DNA of 64,000 nt from Alphaproteobacteria bacterium (GTDB lineage: Bacteria; Pseudomonadota; Alphaproteobacteria; UBA828). Positions 1-9,508 of this stretch are shown here, piece by piece. The notes beneath the pieces were generated by a model. The model was not told the origin of the DNA, ran no database searches, and worked only from the letters and a program-made list of their open reading frames with translations. The position numbers and the translations under genes are program-made. Location of the stretch: NCBI GenBank assembly GCA_965214705.1, contig CBDCCI010000002.1, positions 768,001 through 832,000 of the forward strand. The letters are read 5' to 3'. The stretch's first letter is position 1, and the number at the start of each line of letters is the position of its first letter.

Positions 1-294
1 TCCACTCTATCGAAGATCTTCCTCAGGCTCGCCAGGCAAATCGGCCACCGTGGCGGTCCCGGGGAGCCCGGCTCTCGATTGCACGACTTGCGGCACGGAT
101 TCGCCACGCGTTCGCTTGAGAACGCGGTCGTAGCCGATCGCGACAGCGTCAGCCGACACGTTCTGGCGCTATCCACTTATCTGGGGCACGTCAACATGGC
201 CTCCACCTACTGGTATCTGGAGGCCACGCCGGTCCTGCTCCGCGGGATCGCCCGAGCTGCGGAAGCCACACATGCAGGGAGGGCGACCCGATGA
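1..294 (+). CDS. Tyrosine recombinase, C-terminal part (RIT element middle gene); truncated by the window edge
   Basis: Frame is open from base 1. Contains LHDLRHGFA and LSTYLGHVNMASTYWYL (HxxR, H and catalytic Y). The stop overlaps the start of the next recombinase (ATGA). Confidence 0.85.
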   Translation, partial: STLSKIFLRLARQIGHRGGPGEPGSRLHDLRHGFATRSLENAVVADRDSVSRHVLALSTYLGHVNMASTYWYLEATPVLLRGIARAAEATHAGRATR

Positions 295-906
295 CCGAGC
301 TCGCGCCCTATATCAGCGCGTTCCTTGGGGAGCATCTACCCCGCGATCGCGGTGCCAGCCGCCACATGATCGAAAGTTACGCCGTGAGCTTCACTCAGCT
401 CGTCTGCTTTGCGGAAGCCAGATACGGCGTTCGTCCCTGCAAGATCATGATCGAACAGTTGACGGCCGATCTGATCCTCGACTTCCTGGAATATCTGGAG
501 CGTGATCGGGGAGCCACAATCGGGACACGCAACGTACGGTTGGCTGCGTTCAAATCCTTCTTCCGATACCTCGAGTACAGGGTTCCATCCTGTCTCGCCC
601 TGGCCGGTCAGGTCCACGCGATCCCACTCAAGCGGCGAAACGAGCCAGTGGTCGATTATCTCGATCATGACGAGATACAGGCCCTGCTGGACGCGCCCGA
701 TCCGGGGACGCGTTCCGGGATACGCGATCGCGCAATGCTGCACCTTGCGTACGCCGCCGGGCTGCGCGTGTCGGAGTTGGTTGGAATCGCATGCAACGAT
801 GTCGAACAACCCGGCCTCGACGCCGTCCGCATCCATGGAAAGGGGCGTCGAGAACGCTCGTTGCCGCTGTGGACGCAAACGCGATCCGTCATCCGGGACT
901 GGCTAG

Positions 907-2519
907 CCCGACCTATTCATGGAGAGCCTTGCACATGAGGCTCGGCTGAGGGGTCGCGTCGTGGCCTGACGCGGTTTGGCGCCGGGATCTGAGGATGGGT
1001 CGCTATTGGGTTGAGGGTTGAACGAGCCTGGGTTGTCGGGGCACATCGCCCCGGCGCTCAGGGGCCTGCTGCGGCGAGGCGGCCTGCGAGCAGTCGGAAG
1101 AGAGCGGCGTCCGGGCAGGCCGAGGCGAAGTGGATGCGGACGCGGGTGGCCTTCTCGATGACGCGGGCGCCGATCTTGAGGAGGCGCAGCCTGAGGGTTG
1201 CAAACTCGGCGCGGGCGAGCGGCGCTGTGCGGGGAATGGCGTCGCGGAGCGCGAGCATCAGCCAGTAGGCTGCGGTGTGGAGCACCAGCCTGAGCTGGTT
1301 GGCGAGCGGGCTCTGGCAGGAGGTGCGGTCCGAGGCGAGCTGGCCCTTGTGCATCTTGATCAGGTTTTCGGCCTGGCCGCGGGCGCAGTAGATGTCTTCG
1401 TAGAGGTGGCGGGGCTCGCCCTTGAGCGAGGTGACGACATAGCGGGCATCGAAGCCGCGCGTCGTCGCCTCCAGCCGAGCCACGACCCGGCGTTCGCGGC
1501 TCCAGGAGCGGGCGGCATAGGCGAAGGCGGCGAAGCTGCGCATCCTGTCCGCGCCGGCCTCGGCGCGGCGGACCTTGAGATCGTCGGCCACCTCGTAGGC
1601 CAAGGCGTTGAGCGCGCGGTTGCCCGCGAGGCCGAAGATGTAGTCGACGCCGTTCTGCTCGCACCAGGCCATGGCTTGCGCGCGGCCATAGTGGCTGTCT
1701 CCCCGGAAGACGATCCGAGTGTGCGGCCAGTGGCGGCGGATGCGGCGGACCAGGTGCTTGATGAGGGTGCGGACCTCGATCCCCGAGGGCGTCTTGCCGG
1801 GGCGCAGGAGGACCGCCACCGGCTTGCCGCTTTCCACGTGATAGACGTGGATGGGGAGGAAGCAGCGGGTGTCGTAATGAGCGTTGAACAGCGACAGCTG
1901 CTGGTGCCCGTGCACGGCATCGCAGGTGTCGTCGATATCCAGCGTGATGGCGGCGGGTGGGGCTGAGAAGGAGCGGCAGAAGAGATCGACCAGGGCGGCC
2001 GTCATGCGCGCCACCTCGATGCGAGACGGAGCGTTCTCCAGGCGGCTCATGGTGGGCTGGGAACAGAGATCGCGGCCGTTCTCCGGCGCCCGGCCTGAGG
2101 CCAGCTTGAACAGAGGGTCCGCGCGCAGCGTGTCGCAGTCGTCGGCGTCCTCGTACCCGCAGGCGATGGCCAACATGCGAAAGCGGAGCATGGCCGAGAG
2201 CGAGTGGATCACCTGCGCCTGATTGCGCCGGTCCCGGATGCAGCCCGCCAGGGTCTCGGCGAGACGCAAGCGGCGTTCCGCTTCGCGCAGCAGGACGAGG
2301 CCGCCGTCAGACGAGATCAGGCCGCCGTCGAAGGCGGCGCTCACCTTCTTGCGCGCGACGGCTGGCAGATCGAAGGGGAGAAGGCTATCGTCGGTCATGG
2401 CGGGCGTGGCGTGGCGTGGCTCGGAGAGGAAGACGCTCGGACAACGAATTCCTACCCGATGGCAACGGCTTACGCTACGTTCGCCACCCCAAAATCAGAC
2501 CTGCCATGAATAATCCGGG
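907..2519 (-). mobile_element. IS1380-family element, copy A
   Basis: Terminal inverted repeats CCCGACCTATTCATGG / CCATGAATAATCCGGG. Target duplication CTAG at 903-906 and 2520-2523. Confidence 0.93.
1058..2398 (-). CDS. IS1380-family DDE transposase (446 aa)
   Basis: FDGGLISSDGG, GYEDADD, SQPTMSRLEN, LDIDDT, RGDSHY and RGQAENLIK motifs. Confidence 0.95.
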   Translation of the reverse strand: MTDDSLLPFDLPAVARKKVSAAFDGGLISSDGGLVLLREAERRLRLAETLAGCIRDRRNQAQVIHSLSAMLRFRMLAIACGYEDADDCDTLRADPLFKLASGRAPENGRDLCSQPTMSRLENAPSRIEVARMTAALVDLFCRSFSAPPAAITLDIDDTCDAVHGHQQLSLFNAHYDTRCFLPIHVYHVESGKPVAVLLRPGKTPSGIEVRTLIKHLVRRIRRHWPHTRIVFRGDSHYGRAQAMAWCEQNGVDYIFGLAGNRALNALAYEVADDLKVRRAEAGADRMRSFAAFAYAARSWSRERRVVARLEATTRGFDARYVVTSLKGEPRHLYEDIYCARGQAENLIKMHKGQLASDRTSCQSPLANQLRLVLHTAAYWLMLALRDAIPRTAPLARAEFATLRLRLLKIGARVIEKATRVRIHFASACPDAALFRLLAGRLAAAGP

Positions 2520-2992
2520 CTAGCAATCCGTCCCGACGGATCAAGCGACCATCTGTTCCTCAACGCCCGCGGCGTCGGCATGACGCGACACGGCTTCGCT
2601 CACCGTCTGAAGCTACATGCTGCGACGGCGCGGCGAGCCGCACCATCCATCGCCACCAAGCGCATTAGCCCGCATGTGCTTCGACACGCCTGCGCGATCC
2701 ACACCCTGGAAGCCACGCGCGACATCCGCAAAATGTCTCTCTGGCTGGGTCATGCAAGCGTTCAGAGCACGGAGATCTACCTCCGGGCCGATCCCGTGGA
2801 CAAGCTGGATGTCCTTGCTGCGCGGCAACCACCGTCGGTGCGGAAGGGAGTCTTCATGGGTGCGACCGACCGTCTGATGGCGATATTGCACGACGTGAAG
2901 CGCCAATAGAAATGGTGAGCGGCTCCGGCCCTGAAGCCCGGTCTTGCAGGGTCGCGGCGCACCTACTCTCCATTATCTAGCCGTCACCATTA

Positions 2993-3193
2993 CACAGCGT
3001 CGATCGCCACATCGGCTGCGACGGCGGTGCGATGGCAGCGCTGCGCCGAAGCCCGAAGCCAGTCATATTGCTCCGCAGACATGAACACGAACTCACGGCG
3101 CCCATGCCGGGTAATCTCCACCGGCTCGCGCTGCGCTTCATGCTGGAACCGACCGAACTTCTACTGGAACTCGAAGGCGCTCACGGTGGGCAT
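2993..3193 (-). pseudogene. Phd/YefM-type antitoxin with an internal stop, truncated by the RIT end
   Basis: Manual translation: MPTVSAFEFQ*KFGRFQHEAQREPVEITRHGRREFVFMSAEQYDWL. Confidence 0.75.
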
Positions 3194-3342
3194 GGCAGCC
3201 TTTCCAGGTAACAGGTACCTGCCTCAATATACAATCCCTAGGAACGAAATAGGCAGGCGAAGGCAACCTTCGCGCGGTTGGTGGGGCGATGTCAGAAATC
3301 GCTCTGATTCGTGTCCAGCGGGGCTCCGGAGACGCGTTCCGG

Positions 3343-3831
3343 TTAGCAGACCCATGCAGAAGCGACGGACGATGCGGCCGAGCGCATCAGCGCCTCGACC
3401 TGATCGGCGATCCTCTGTGCGGGCTCGCGAAGCTGGGCGATGGTCCAATCTGCGGCATAGCCTCCGGTGACATCGTTGGGCCGCGCGTGGTTGGCCAGCC
3501 GCTTGGTCAGCGAGGGAGGCAGCATCAGCTCGCGCTCGGCGACGGTAATGAAGGAATTGCGCAGTCCGTGGAACCAGAACCTGGCGCCGCCGGCCTCTCC
3601 GATGCGGGCGTAGAGATGATGCGGGTCCTGGACATGGCCGGTGGCGGCGGTGCGCGAGGGGAACACCCAGTCGCGGACATCGACCGGGTAGTCGCCGGCC
3701 TCGGCCTGCCGGCGCTTGAGAATGGCTGCGAGCTGCCGGGTGGTGTGCCAATCCTTCTCGATGAAGGACGGGTCGACGGCGAGCTCCGTGGCGACCGCCT
3801 CAAGAAGCTCTTGACCGGGAGAGTCGCTCAA
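3343..3831 (-). pseudogene. Chimera: AbiEii-type nucleotidyltransferase N-terminus fused to a tyrosine integrase C-terminus
   Basis: The first ~29 aa (ELLEAVATELAVDPSFIEKDWH) look like an AbiEii start. The rest has integrase motifs WVFPS, FHGLRNSF and NHARPNDVTGGY. Confidence 0.75.
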
Positions 3832-4234
3832 AGGAGACGTATTTTCCGTCGTAGCCGATCTTGCGGGAGATGCGGCTCCGGACGGCGATCACGCGTCCGG
3901 TGGGGACTTGGGTGCTGGTGCCTGCACTATTGGCCTGGGCAAATGTGGATGGCATCGCTTGCACGTCGAGCCGCTCCAGAGCTTCAAGCGTAAGCGCGGG
4001 GAGGGGCTTGGCGACGACAGTCCTGCCGGATATTGGCGAAATGGCGGTGCGGGCATACAGGCCATAACCGATCTTGACGAGGCGGCCCTTGGCGGTAAGG
4101 CATTTCAGCGCGCGACCGACCTGGTCGTAACCGCCAAGATCCTCGAAGTCACGGCGCAGGAAGACATTGGCCTTCTTGCACGCAATGCGCCGGGCGATCC
4201 GCTTCTCCAAAGGCTGAGGTCGTGAGGATGCCAT
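3800..4234 (-). CDS. AbiEi-like / DUF6088 type IV TA antitoxin (wHTH)
   Basis: VFLRRDFEDLGGYDQVGRALKCL...LVKIGYGLYAR and STQVP. Overlaps the AbiEii-like start. Confidence 0.75.
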   Translation of the reverse strand: MASSRPQPLEKRIARRIACKKANVFLRRDFEDLGGYDQVGRALKCLTAKGRLVKIGYGLYARTAISPISGRTVVAKPLPALTLEALERLDVQAMPSTFAQANSAGTSTQVPTGRVIAVRSRISRKIGYDGKYVSFERLSRSRAS

Positions 4235-4474
4235 GGTTGCCAGCTTGCAAAAATACGACACTCGGCAGCACACGGATATGGTGTGAGCGGGCTGCTGTCA
4301 ACAGCTTGGGAGGAGGGCTCACCGGGTCGAAACGGACATACAACCCGAACCGTAGAACCCGCCCGTCTTCCAGAATTCCGATCCGACGGCGGCCGCCTCC
4401 GAGGTCAAGCCGTCGAGGATCGTGCGGACAGGCAGCTCAAGAGCCCCCCTACACGGGGATCGGAACGAAACGCA

Positions 4475-6946
4475 TCATCCGACCTCCGGCAGGCGTGGGC
4501 GGCTCAGCAGGTCATTGCCGGCGATCTCTGGCGAAGCGGCGCCCGACCTCTCGACGGTGTAGCCAAGGCTTTCATACCCTCGGACGCGCTTCTCGCTCAT
4601 GCGCATGAGCGTCGGCACGGCCTGGTCGACATAGTCGTGGACCAGCACTTCGTGCTTCGCGGCGTGCAGGCGGTGGAGGCGGCCGACATATTGCGCGAGC
4701 GTGCCCTTCCACGAAATCGGCATCGTCAGGAACAGGGTGTCGAGGCGGGCGTCGTCGAAGCCTTCGCCGACATAGCGGCCTGTCGCGATCAGCACCCGCT
4801 CTTCCGTCTCGGGGATGTCTTCGAGACGCTGCATGATCTCGCGGCGCTGCCTGGTCCCCATGCCTCCGCGGAGAACGAGCACGTTCCGGGCAAAGCGGCC
4901 GAGCCGCTCCGCAAGGCGGTGGGCATGGTCCTTGCGTTCGGTGAGCAGGATCGGCGAGCGGCCCGCCTCCAGCGCCTGCAGCACATCGTCGAAGATCATG
5001 TCGTTGCGATCCTCGTCCGAGGCCAGCGCGGCGTATACATGCTGGATGAGCGGGCGCTCCGCGTCCATGCCGGCCGGCAGCCGGAATTCCGTCGGGCGCA
5101 GGATCGCCCGGTGTCCGAAGGGTCGTTGCCGGGCCTGCGCCTTCGCGCTGGTGCTGAACCGGACAGGACCGCACTGCATGAAGACGATCGGATGGTGACC
5201 ATCCCGGCGCGTGACCGTTGCAGACAGACCGAGGACGTATTTCGCCTTCGCCCGGCGCGCGACCGCCTCGAAGCTGACGGCGGAGATATGGTGGCACTCG
5301 TCGACCACGAGATGTCCGTAATCGGCGACGATGTCGTCGACCTCGCCCTTGCGCACCAGGCTCTGGATGACACCGACATCGACGATGCCGCCCGGTTTGC
5401 GCCTGCCGCCGCCGATTTGCCCGATCGCGGCGACCGGAAGATCGAGAAACGCCGCGAGCCGCGCGATCCATTGTTCCATGAGCTGGCGCCGGTGGACCAG
5501 CACCAGCGTGTTGGTCCGGCGGGCGGCGATGACGGCCGCGGCGATGACCGTCTTGCCGAACCCGGTCGCCGCCGCGAGCACGCCGATGTCGTGCGGCAAC
5601 AGTGCATCGGCGGCGGATTGCTGCTCCGGAGTCAGGCTTCCGAGAAACGTCGTTTCTACCGGACGGCCGGGATTGCGCTCGTCGCGCATGTCCAAAGGGA
5701 TGCCCAGTTCTTCCAGCAACCCCTCCATCGCCTCGCCGCAGCCGCGAGGCAGGGCAATGTGGTGAGACAGCAACTCGGCGCAGGCGACGATGCGCGGGAT
5801 GCCGAAGGTGGAGCGCCGCATCGCCTGAGCGCTGTAGAAGGCCGGGTTCTGGAAGGCCGCGAGACGGATGAGCCGGTTGACCAGACCCGGCGGCAAATTG
5901 GCGCGCGGGATGTAGATCTGGTCGCCCCGAACCGCGTCGATCCGCTCCGGCAGCGGTCCGGCAATCTCGGGCAGCGGCCGGCGCCGCGACGGCGGCGCGC
6001 TCCAGGGCTCGTCGTCCTCTTCGTCGAGCGGCAAACGCAGCCCGACAACCCGGCCCTGCCGGCCAGCCTCGTCAACGATGGCGGTCGCCTCGGCCAGGGA
6101 GAGGCGGCGCATGGAGGAGAGGAAAGCCCACTGGTCGGCATGGGGCTCGAAACTGTCGTCCAGAAAGACGCTGTTGCCGTCCTCGCGCGGACCGCCCTGC
6201 AGCGGCAGCGCGATGAGATTGCCGAAGCCGCCCGCGGGCACGGTGTCCTGGCTCGGGAAGAACCGGTCGTAGGACGCGAACCCGATATCCGGGTTGCGCT
6301 CCATCGTCTCGGTGACCAGATGGGCGCCGAGACGGCGGGCGAGGGCGGCGGGCACCGGCTCGACGAAGAAGATCCAGACATGCCCGCCATTGCCCGAACG
6401 CGAGCGTTCGAGAGCCGCCGGCACGCCCTTCAAGCGGCAGGCTTCGAGAAAGGCGCCCGCGTCCCGTCGCCAGCTCGCCTTATCGAAGTCGGCGGCGAGA
6501 ATCCGGCAGGTGTCGTCCGGGAGCATGGGATAGACGCCGATCGTGTGGCGGCCGCGCAGATGCCCGTCGATCGCCTCGTCCGTCACCTCCCGGAACGCCT
6601 GGTTGGGACAGGCGCCGCACTTGACGCGCGGCTTGCCACAGATGCGGGGCGCCCACTCATTGGCGCAGACCGGTGCGTATCCCGCCTTGCCTGTCCCGGC
6701 GTTGTCCCAGCGCTTCGGATAGACGTCCTCGCGGCCGCGAAACAGGGATCTGAACAGCGCGATCTTGTCGTGTGCCGACGAACGGTTGGTGATCGGTCCC
6801 GCGGACGGCAGGACATCCTTCAACGCGGTGGGCGGATTCCCAATCTCAGCGAGACGGGCCTCAAGGGTCGCCTTCTCGGCCTCAAGACGCGCAAGCCGCT
6901 CGCGTATGAGCGCGGCTTCCTCGTCGTGGGATGAAGCGTGCGCCAA
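4475..6946 (-). CDS. AEP-primase-like (TOTE type) domain fused to an SF2 DEAD/DEAH helicase
   Basis: LFRGREDVY, IGVYPM, AADFD, ERSRSGNGGHVWIFF; Walker A ATGFGKT, DECHH, SAT, GEGFD, QYVGRLHR. A TTG start at 6946 after GGGGA was chosen; the start is uncertain. Confidence 0.88.
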   Translation of the reverse strand: MAHASSHDEEAALIRERLARLEAEKATLEARLAEIGNPPTALKDVLPSAGPITNRSSAHDKIALFRSLFRGREDVYPKRWDNAGTGKAGYAPVCANEWAPRICGKPRVKCGACPNQAFREVTDEAIDGHLRGRHTIGVYPMLPDDTCRILAADFDKASWRRDAGAFLEACRLKGVPAALERSRSGNGGHVWIFFVEPVPAALARRLGAHLVTETMERNPDIGFASYDRFFPSQDTVPAGGFGNLIALPLQGGPREDGNSVFLDDSFEPHADQWAFLSSMRRLSLAEATAIVDEAGRQGRVVGLRLPLDEEDDEPWSAPPSRRRPLPEIAGPLPERIDAVRGDQIYIPRANLPPGLVNRLIRLAAFQNPAFYSAQAMRRSTFGIPRIVACAELLSHHIALPRGCGEAMEGLLEELGIPLDMRDERNPGRPVETTFLGSLTPEQQSAADALLPHDIGVLAAATGFGKTVIAAAVIAARRTNTLVLVHRRQLMEQWIARLAAFLDLPVAAIGQIGGGRRKPGGIVDVGVIQSLVRKGEVDDIVADYGHLVVDECHHISAVSFEAVARRAKAKYVLGLSATVTRRDGHHPIVFMQCGPVRFSTSAKAQARQRPFGHRAILRPTEFRLPAGMDAERPLIQHVYAALASDEDRNDMIFDDVLQALEAGRSPILLTERKDHAHRLAERLGRFARNVLVLRGGMGTRQRREIMQRLEDIPETEERVLIATGRYVGEGFDDARLDTLFLTMPISWKGTLAQYVGRLHRLHAAKHEVLVHDYVDQAVPTLMRMSEKRVRGYESLGYTVERSGAASPEIAGNDLLSRPRLPEVG

Positions 6947-7161
6947 GTCGTCCCCGTTTCGTAGATCGACCCGCAAATGCCGGCGAGGGAGCAGGATAGT
7001 GCGCCCCGAAAGCCCCGGTAAACATCGCCACCGCCGCGTACCGTTCAGCCCGCGCCTCCTCCAGCTCCTGCTCCGCATTGGTTCTGGGCGCTCTTTGAAT
7101 GTCCGGGGCGTACGCTTCTTCCACCGAATCCGTGAAACAGCATGAGCCGGACCGGAAGCGG

Positions 7162-8457
7162 CTAGTCGCGGACAACGAGGATAGCCGAGAGAGAGCCAAG
7201 CGGATCCGCATTTTCGAGCCGGTTGGCCAGCAGGTAGAGATCCCGGGCGTGCATCCCGAGTCTCCGGTGCCGCCACACCAGACACTGCACGCCGTTCAGC
7301 GTTCCGTGGCCATCCGTCGGGCTTTGTTCCCCTGCCCCATAGAAGAGAAGTGTGTTTCCCCCGTACATCCAGTCCGCACGGAGGGCCGGAGGATGCTCGG
7401 ACAGCAGCTTCTCGAAGGAAGCCAGATCCTCGCCCTCGGCGCTTGTTCCGGCCGGCTGGGGCACGCTCACGACGCATAGGCCGAGGGAAGACGGCACCAC
7501 GCCCCAGTCGCCGTGATTGTCGTTGCCGGGTTCCCGAGCGCCGTGCTGCACGTCGCCGCCGCGTCGCCGGAGCCGCTCGTGTCCGGAGAAATACCGATAG
7601 GCCTCGATCTGCGCGGACACGATCTCCGGAAGAAACGTCGGGTACGGCGTGTCGGCCTTGACCAGGTTGGCTCCGTGAACGCTGTCGCCACGCCTGAACC
7701 GCGTCGTCGGCTCCGCATAGTAACGAGAGTCTGTGTAGACCCCGCTGCTCGAACCGTAGGTGCTGTTATACCTCCCCAGAATGGCTTCCACGGTTGGGGG
7801 CTCGATGCCGAGGGCCGTCAGGTTGGTGTTCAGGTATGACTTGGAAAACACGGCGTCGATCCGGTCGCGATGAGCGGGATGGAGCGCCTTGTACAGTCGT
7901 AGGAGGGAATGCCCGGACGCGTCCTTGTCGTCCCTCGTCAGGCAGGCCTTGAACCCCAGTTCGGCGGCCGTGACGAGGAGGTGCAGCGCAAGCATGATCT
8001 CGACCAGACTGGCCGGCAGTCGTCCGGCCGGCACAGCAGCGTTGTAGAGCCTGAAATACTGCTCCGCGAACTCGAGCATGAGATCGGGGTCGCCGTGGCG
8101 GTCGATGACCGTGCCGTCCTGCACGTTGCCCTCGAATGTGGGCCACAGCGCGTTCCGGCCGGCCCGATAGGCGGCGGGGAACTGGACGGACACGAAGTCT
8201 CGCCTGTCCGCGGGCAGGTTGTGGAGCATCACCTGCCGGCGGCGCACATCGCCGGTTCGGGTGTCGCCGTCCGCGGCGCGTTCCACCGGCGTTTCGTGCG
8301 CCAGGGGATCGTCCGTAGTCCGCCGACCGCATGCGGGGCAGAGATACTCTGTCTCCTCTTTGACCAGATTCCCGAGGAGCCGAAGTCCGAACCGGAACGC
8401 CTTGGGCGTGGCGATCAGCTCGGTATCGGTGCATGCGTCGCAAACACGGTTCATCAA
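7162..8457 (-). CDS. Hypothetical protein with an N-terminal Zn ribbon and a HEPN-like domain
   Basis: CDAC...CPAC; AAELGFKACL...GHSLLRLY...DSRY resembles the HEPN ELxxK / GHxL / RY pattern. Confidence 0.6.
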   Translation of the reverse strand: MMNRVCDACTDTELIATPKAFRFGLRLLGNLVKEETEYLCPACGRRTTDDPLAHETPVERAADGDTRTGDVRRRQVMLHNLPADRRDFVSVQFPAAYRAGRNALWPTFEGNVQDGTVIDRHGDPDLMLEFAEQYFRLYNAAVPAGRLPASLVEIMLALHLLVTAAELGFKACLTRDDKDASGHSLLRLYKALHPAHRDRIDAVFSKSYLNTNLTALGIEPPTVEAILGRYNSTYGSSSGVYTDSRYYAEPTTRFRRGDSVHGANLVKADTPYPTFLPEIVSAQIEAYRYFSGHERLRRRGGDVQHGAREPGNDNHGDWGVVPSSLGLCVVSVPQPAGTSAEGEDLASFEKLLSEHPPALRADWMYGGNTLLFYGAGEQSPTDGHGTLNGVQCLVWRHRRLGMHARDLYLLANRLENADPLGSLSAILVVRD

Positions 8458-8749
8458 GGTTCTCCGCAGAGGAATAGCTCAGGCCGCTCCGATTTCGGGA
8501 CGGCACGTTACCCTTTTCGGACTCACCCCGCGCGGGACGAAGACGGCTCGCCGATACTGCCCGGAGAGCCGCACCCCTCGGCCTGCGGGCAGGCTGTCCG
8601 GCAGTGCGGCCGCCGGGCGAATGCGACCTTGTAGATGCGACAGTTGCCCATGCAGGGCGTGCCCCGAGTGTTGGCGGACAATTCCGGGCCGACGAGGCTC
8701 CGGGAGACAATGAAGATGGGATCGGAGTAGGCGAGCGGGCCAAGTCTTT

Positions 8750-9508
8750 CTACGTTAGTTGATACACGGTGCGAAGAAGATCGGCTGCCTCATCCCGGGT
8801 GAAGGGAACGTCAAATGCCCTAGGATCGAGAGTCTGGTCGGCGTGAGCCTGGTCGACGAAAGCGCTAAGGTCTTGGCGGACGGATTCGGGCAGTGCGACC
8901 CGTGTGTCCTCGGGCAGGAGTTGCGCGAGCCGGAAGACATCGTTGCGATGCTTCCTGATGTCCCTTCGGTCGACGTTCGCGCCTTCCTCGGACCGAGCGG
9001 TGAGGTCGAGAACTGCGCGGGCCTTGAACGGTATGAGCAGGGTCTCGTCGACGATCGTGACGCCCTCGACTTGGCGCTTGGCGGCCTGGAGCGCCGCGAA
9101 ATAGGCATCGTCCAGCAGGATTGCCGAAAGGCTGACGATGTCCTGGTCTACCGGTACCCGCGCGTAGATCGCGCCTTCGGGCAGGTCGAGGTTCACCGGG
9201 CGCCGCGCAAAGAGCTCAATCATGAAAGGGAAGCTCCGGTCGGTCGGACGGTGAAATCGGCAGAATTCCCTTCGACCGTCGCTCCGTTCGCGGGCTTGAT
9301 ATCCGCCTGCATCAAGGAACGTTTGGAAGGCCTTTCCGAATTCGGCGTCGACCACCTCGATGCAAAGCACCATGTCGATGTCCCTGGTCGCCCTGAAATC
9401 GAGACCAGCTGCGTCGAACAGCAGGTCGCAAGCGGTGCCGCCGATGATGGCGTATTGCCCCTCGTGGGCTGCGAAGTGTTCGCGAAACTTGTCGATTCCG
9501 GTTACCAC
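8750..9508 (-). CDS. Nucleotidyltransferase-fold protein (AbiEii-like toxin)
   Basis: IIGGTAC, RATRDIDMV, PFKARA and KHRNDVFRL motifs. Confidence 0.8.
   Translation of the reverse strand: MVTGIDKFREHFAAHEGQYAIIGGTACDLLFDAAGLDFRATRDIDMVLCIEVVDAEFGKAFQTFLDAGGYQARERSDGRREFCRFHRPTDRSFPFMIELFARRPVNLDLPEGAIYARVPVDQDIVSLSAILLDDAYFAALQAAKRQVEGVTIVDETLLIPFKARAVLDLTARSEEGANVDRRDIRKHRNDVFRLAQLLPEDTRVALPESVRQDLSAFVDQAHADQTLDPRAFDVPFTRDEAADLLRTVYQLT

Larger units (their letters stand above)
291..2909 (+). pseudogene. Tyrosine recombinase (RIT third gene) interrupted by IS1380
   Basis: Joining 291-906 to 2524-2909 (removing the IS and one CTAG) gives an in-frame ...IRDWLAIRPDGSSDHLFLNARGVGMTRHGF...SPHVLRH...WLGHASVQSTEIY. 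Confidence 0.92.
1..2992 (+). mobile_element. Right part of a RIT (recombinase-in-trio) element
   Basis: Tandem overlapping tyrosine recombinases. Motif AAATGGTGA follows the stop and its inverse TCACCATTA ends at 2992. The adjacent antitoxin gene is cut at this point. Confidence 0.7.
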
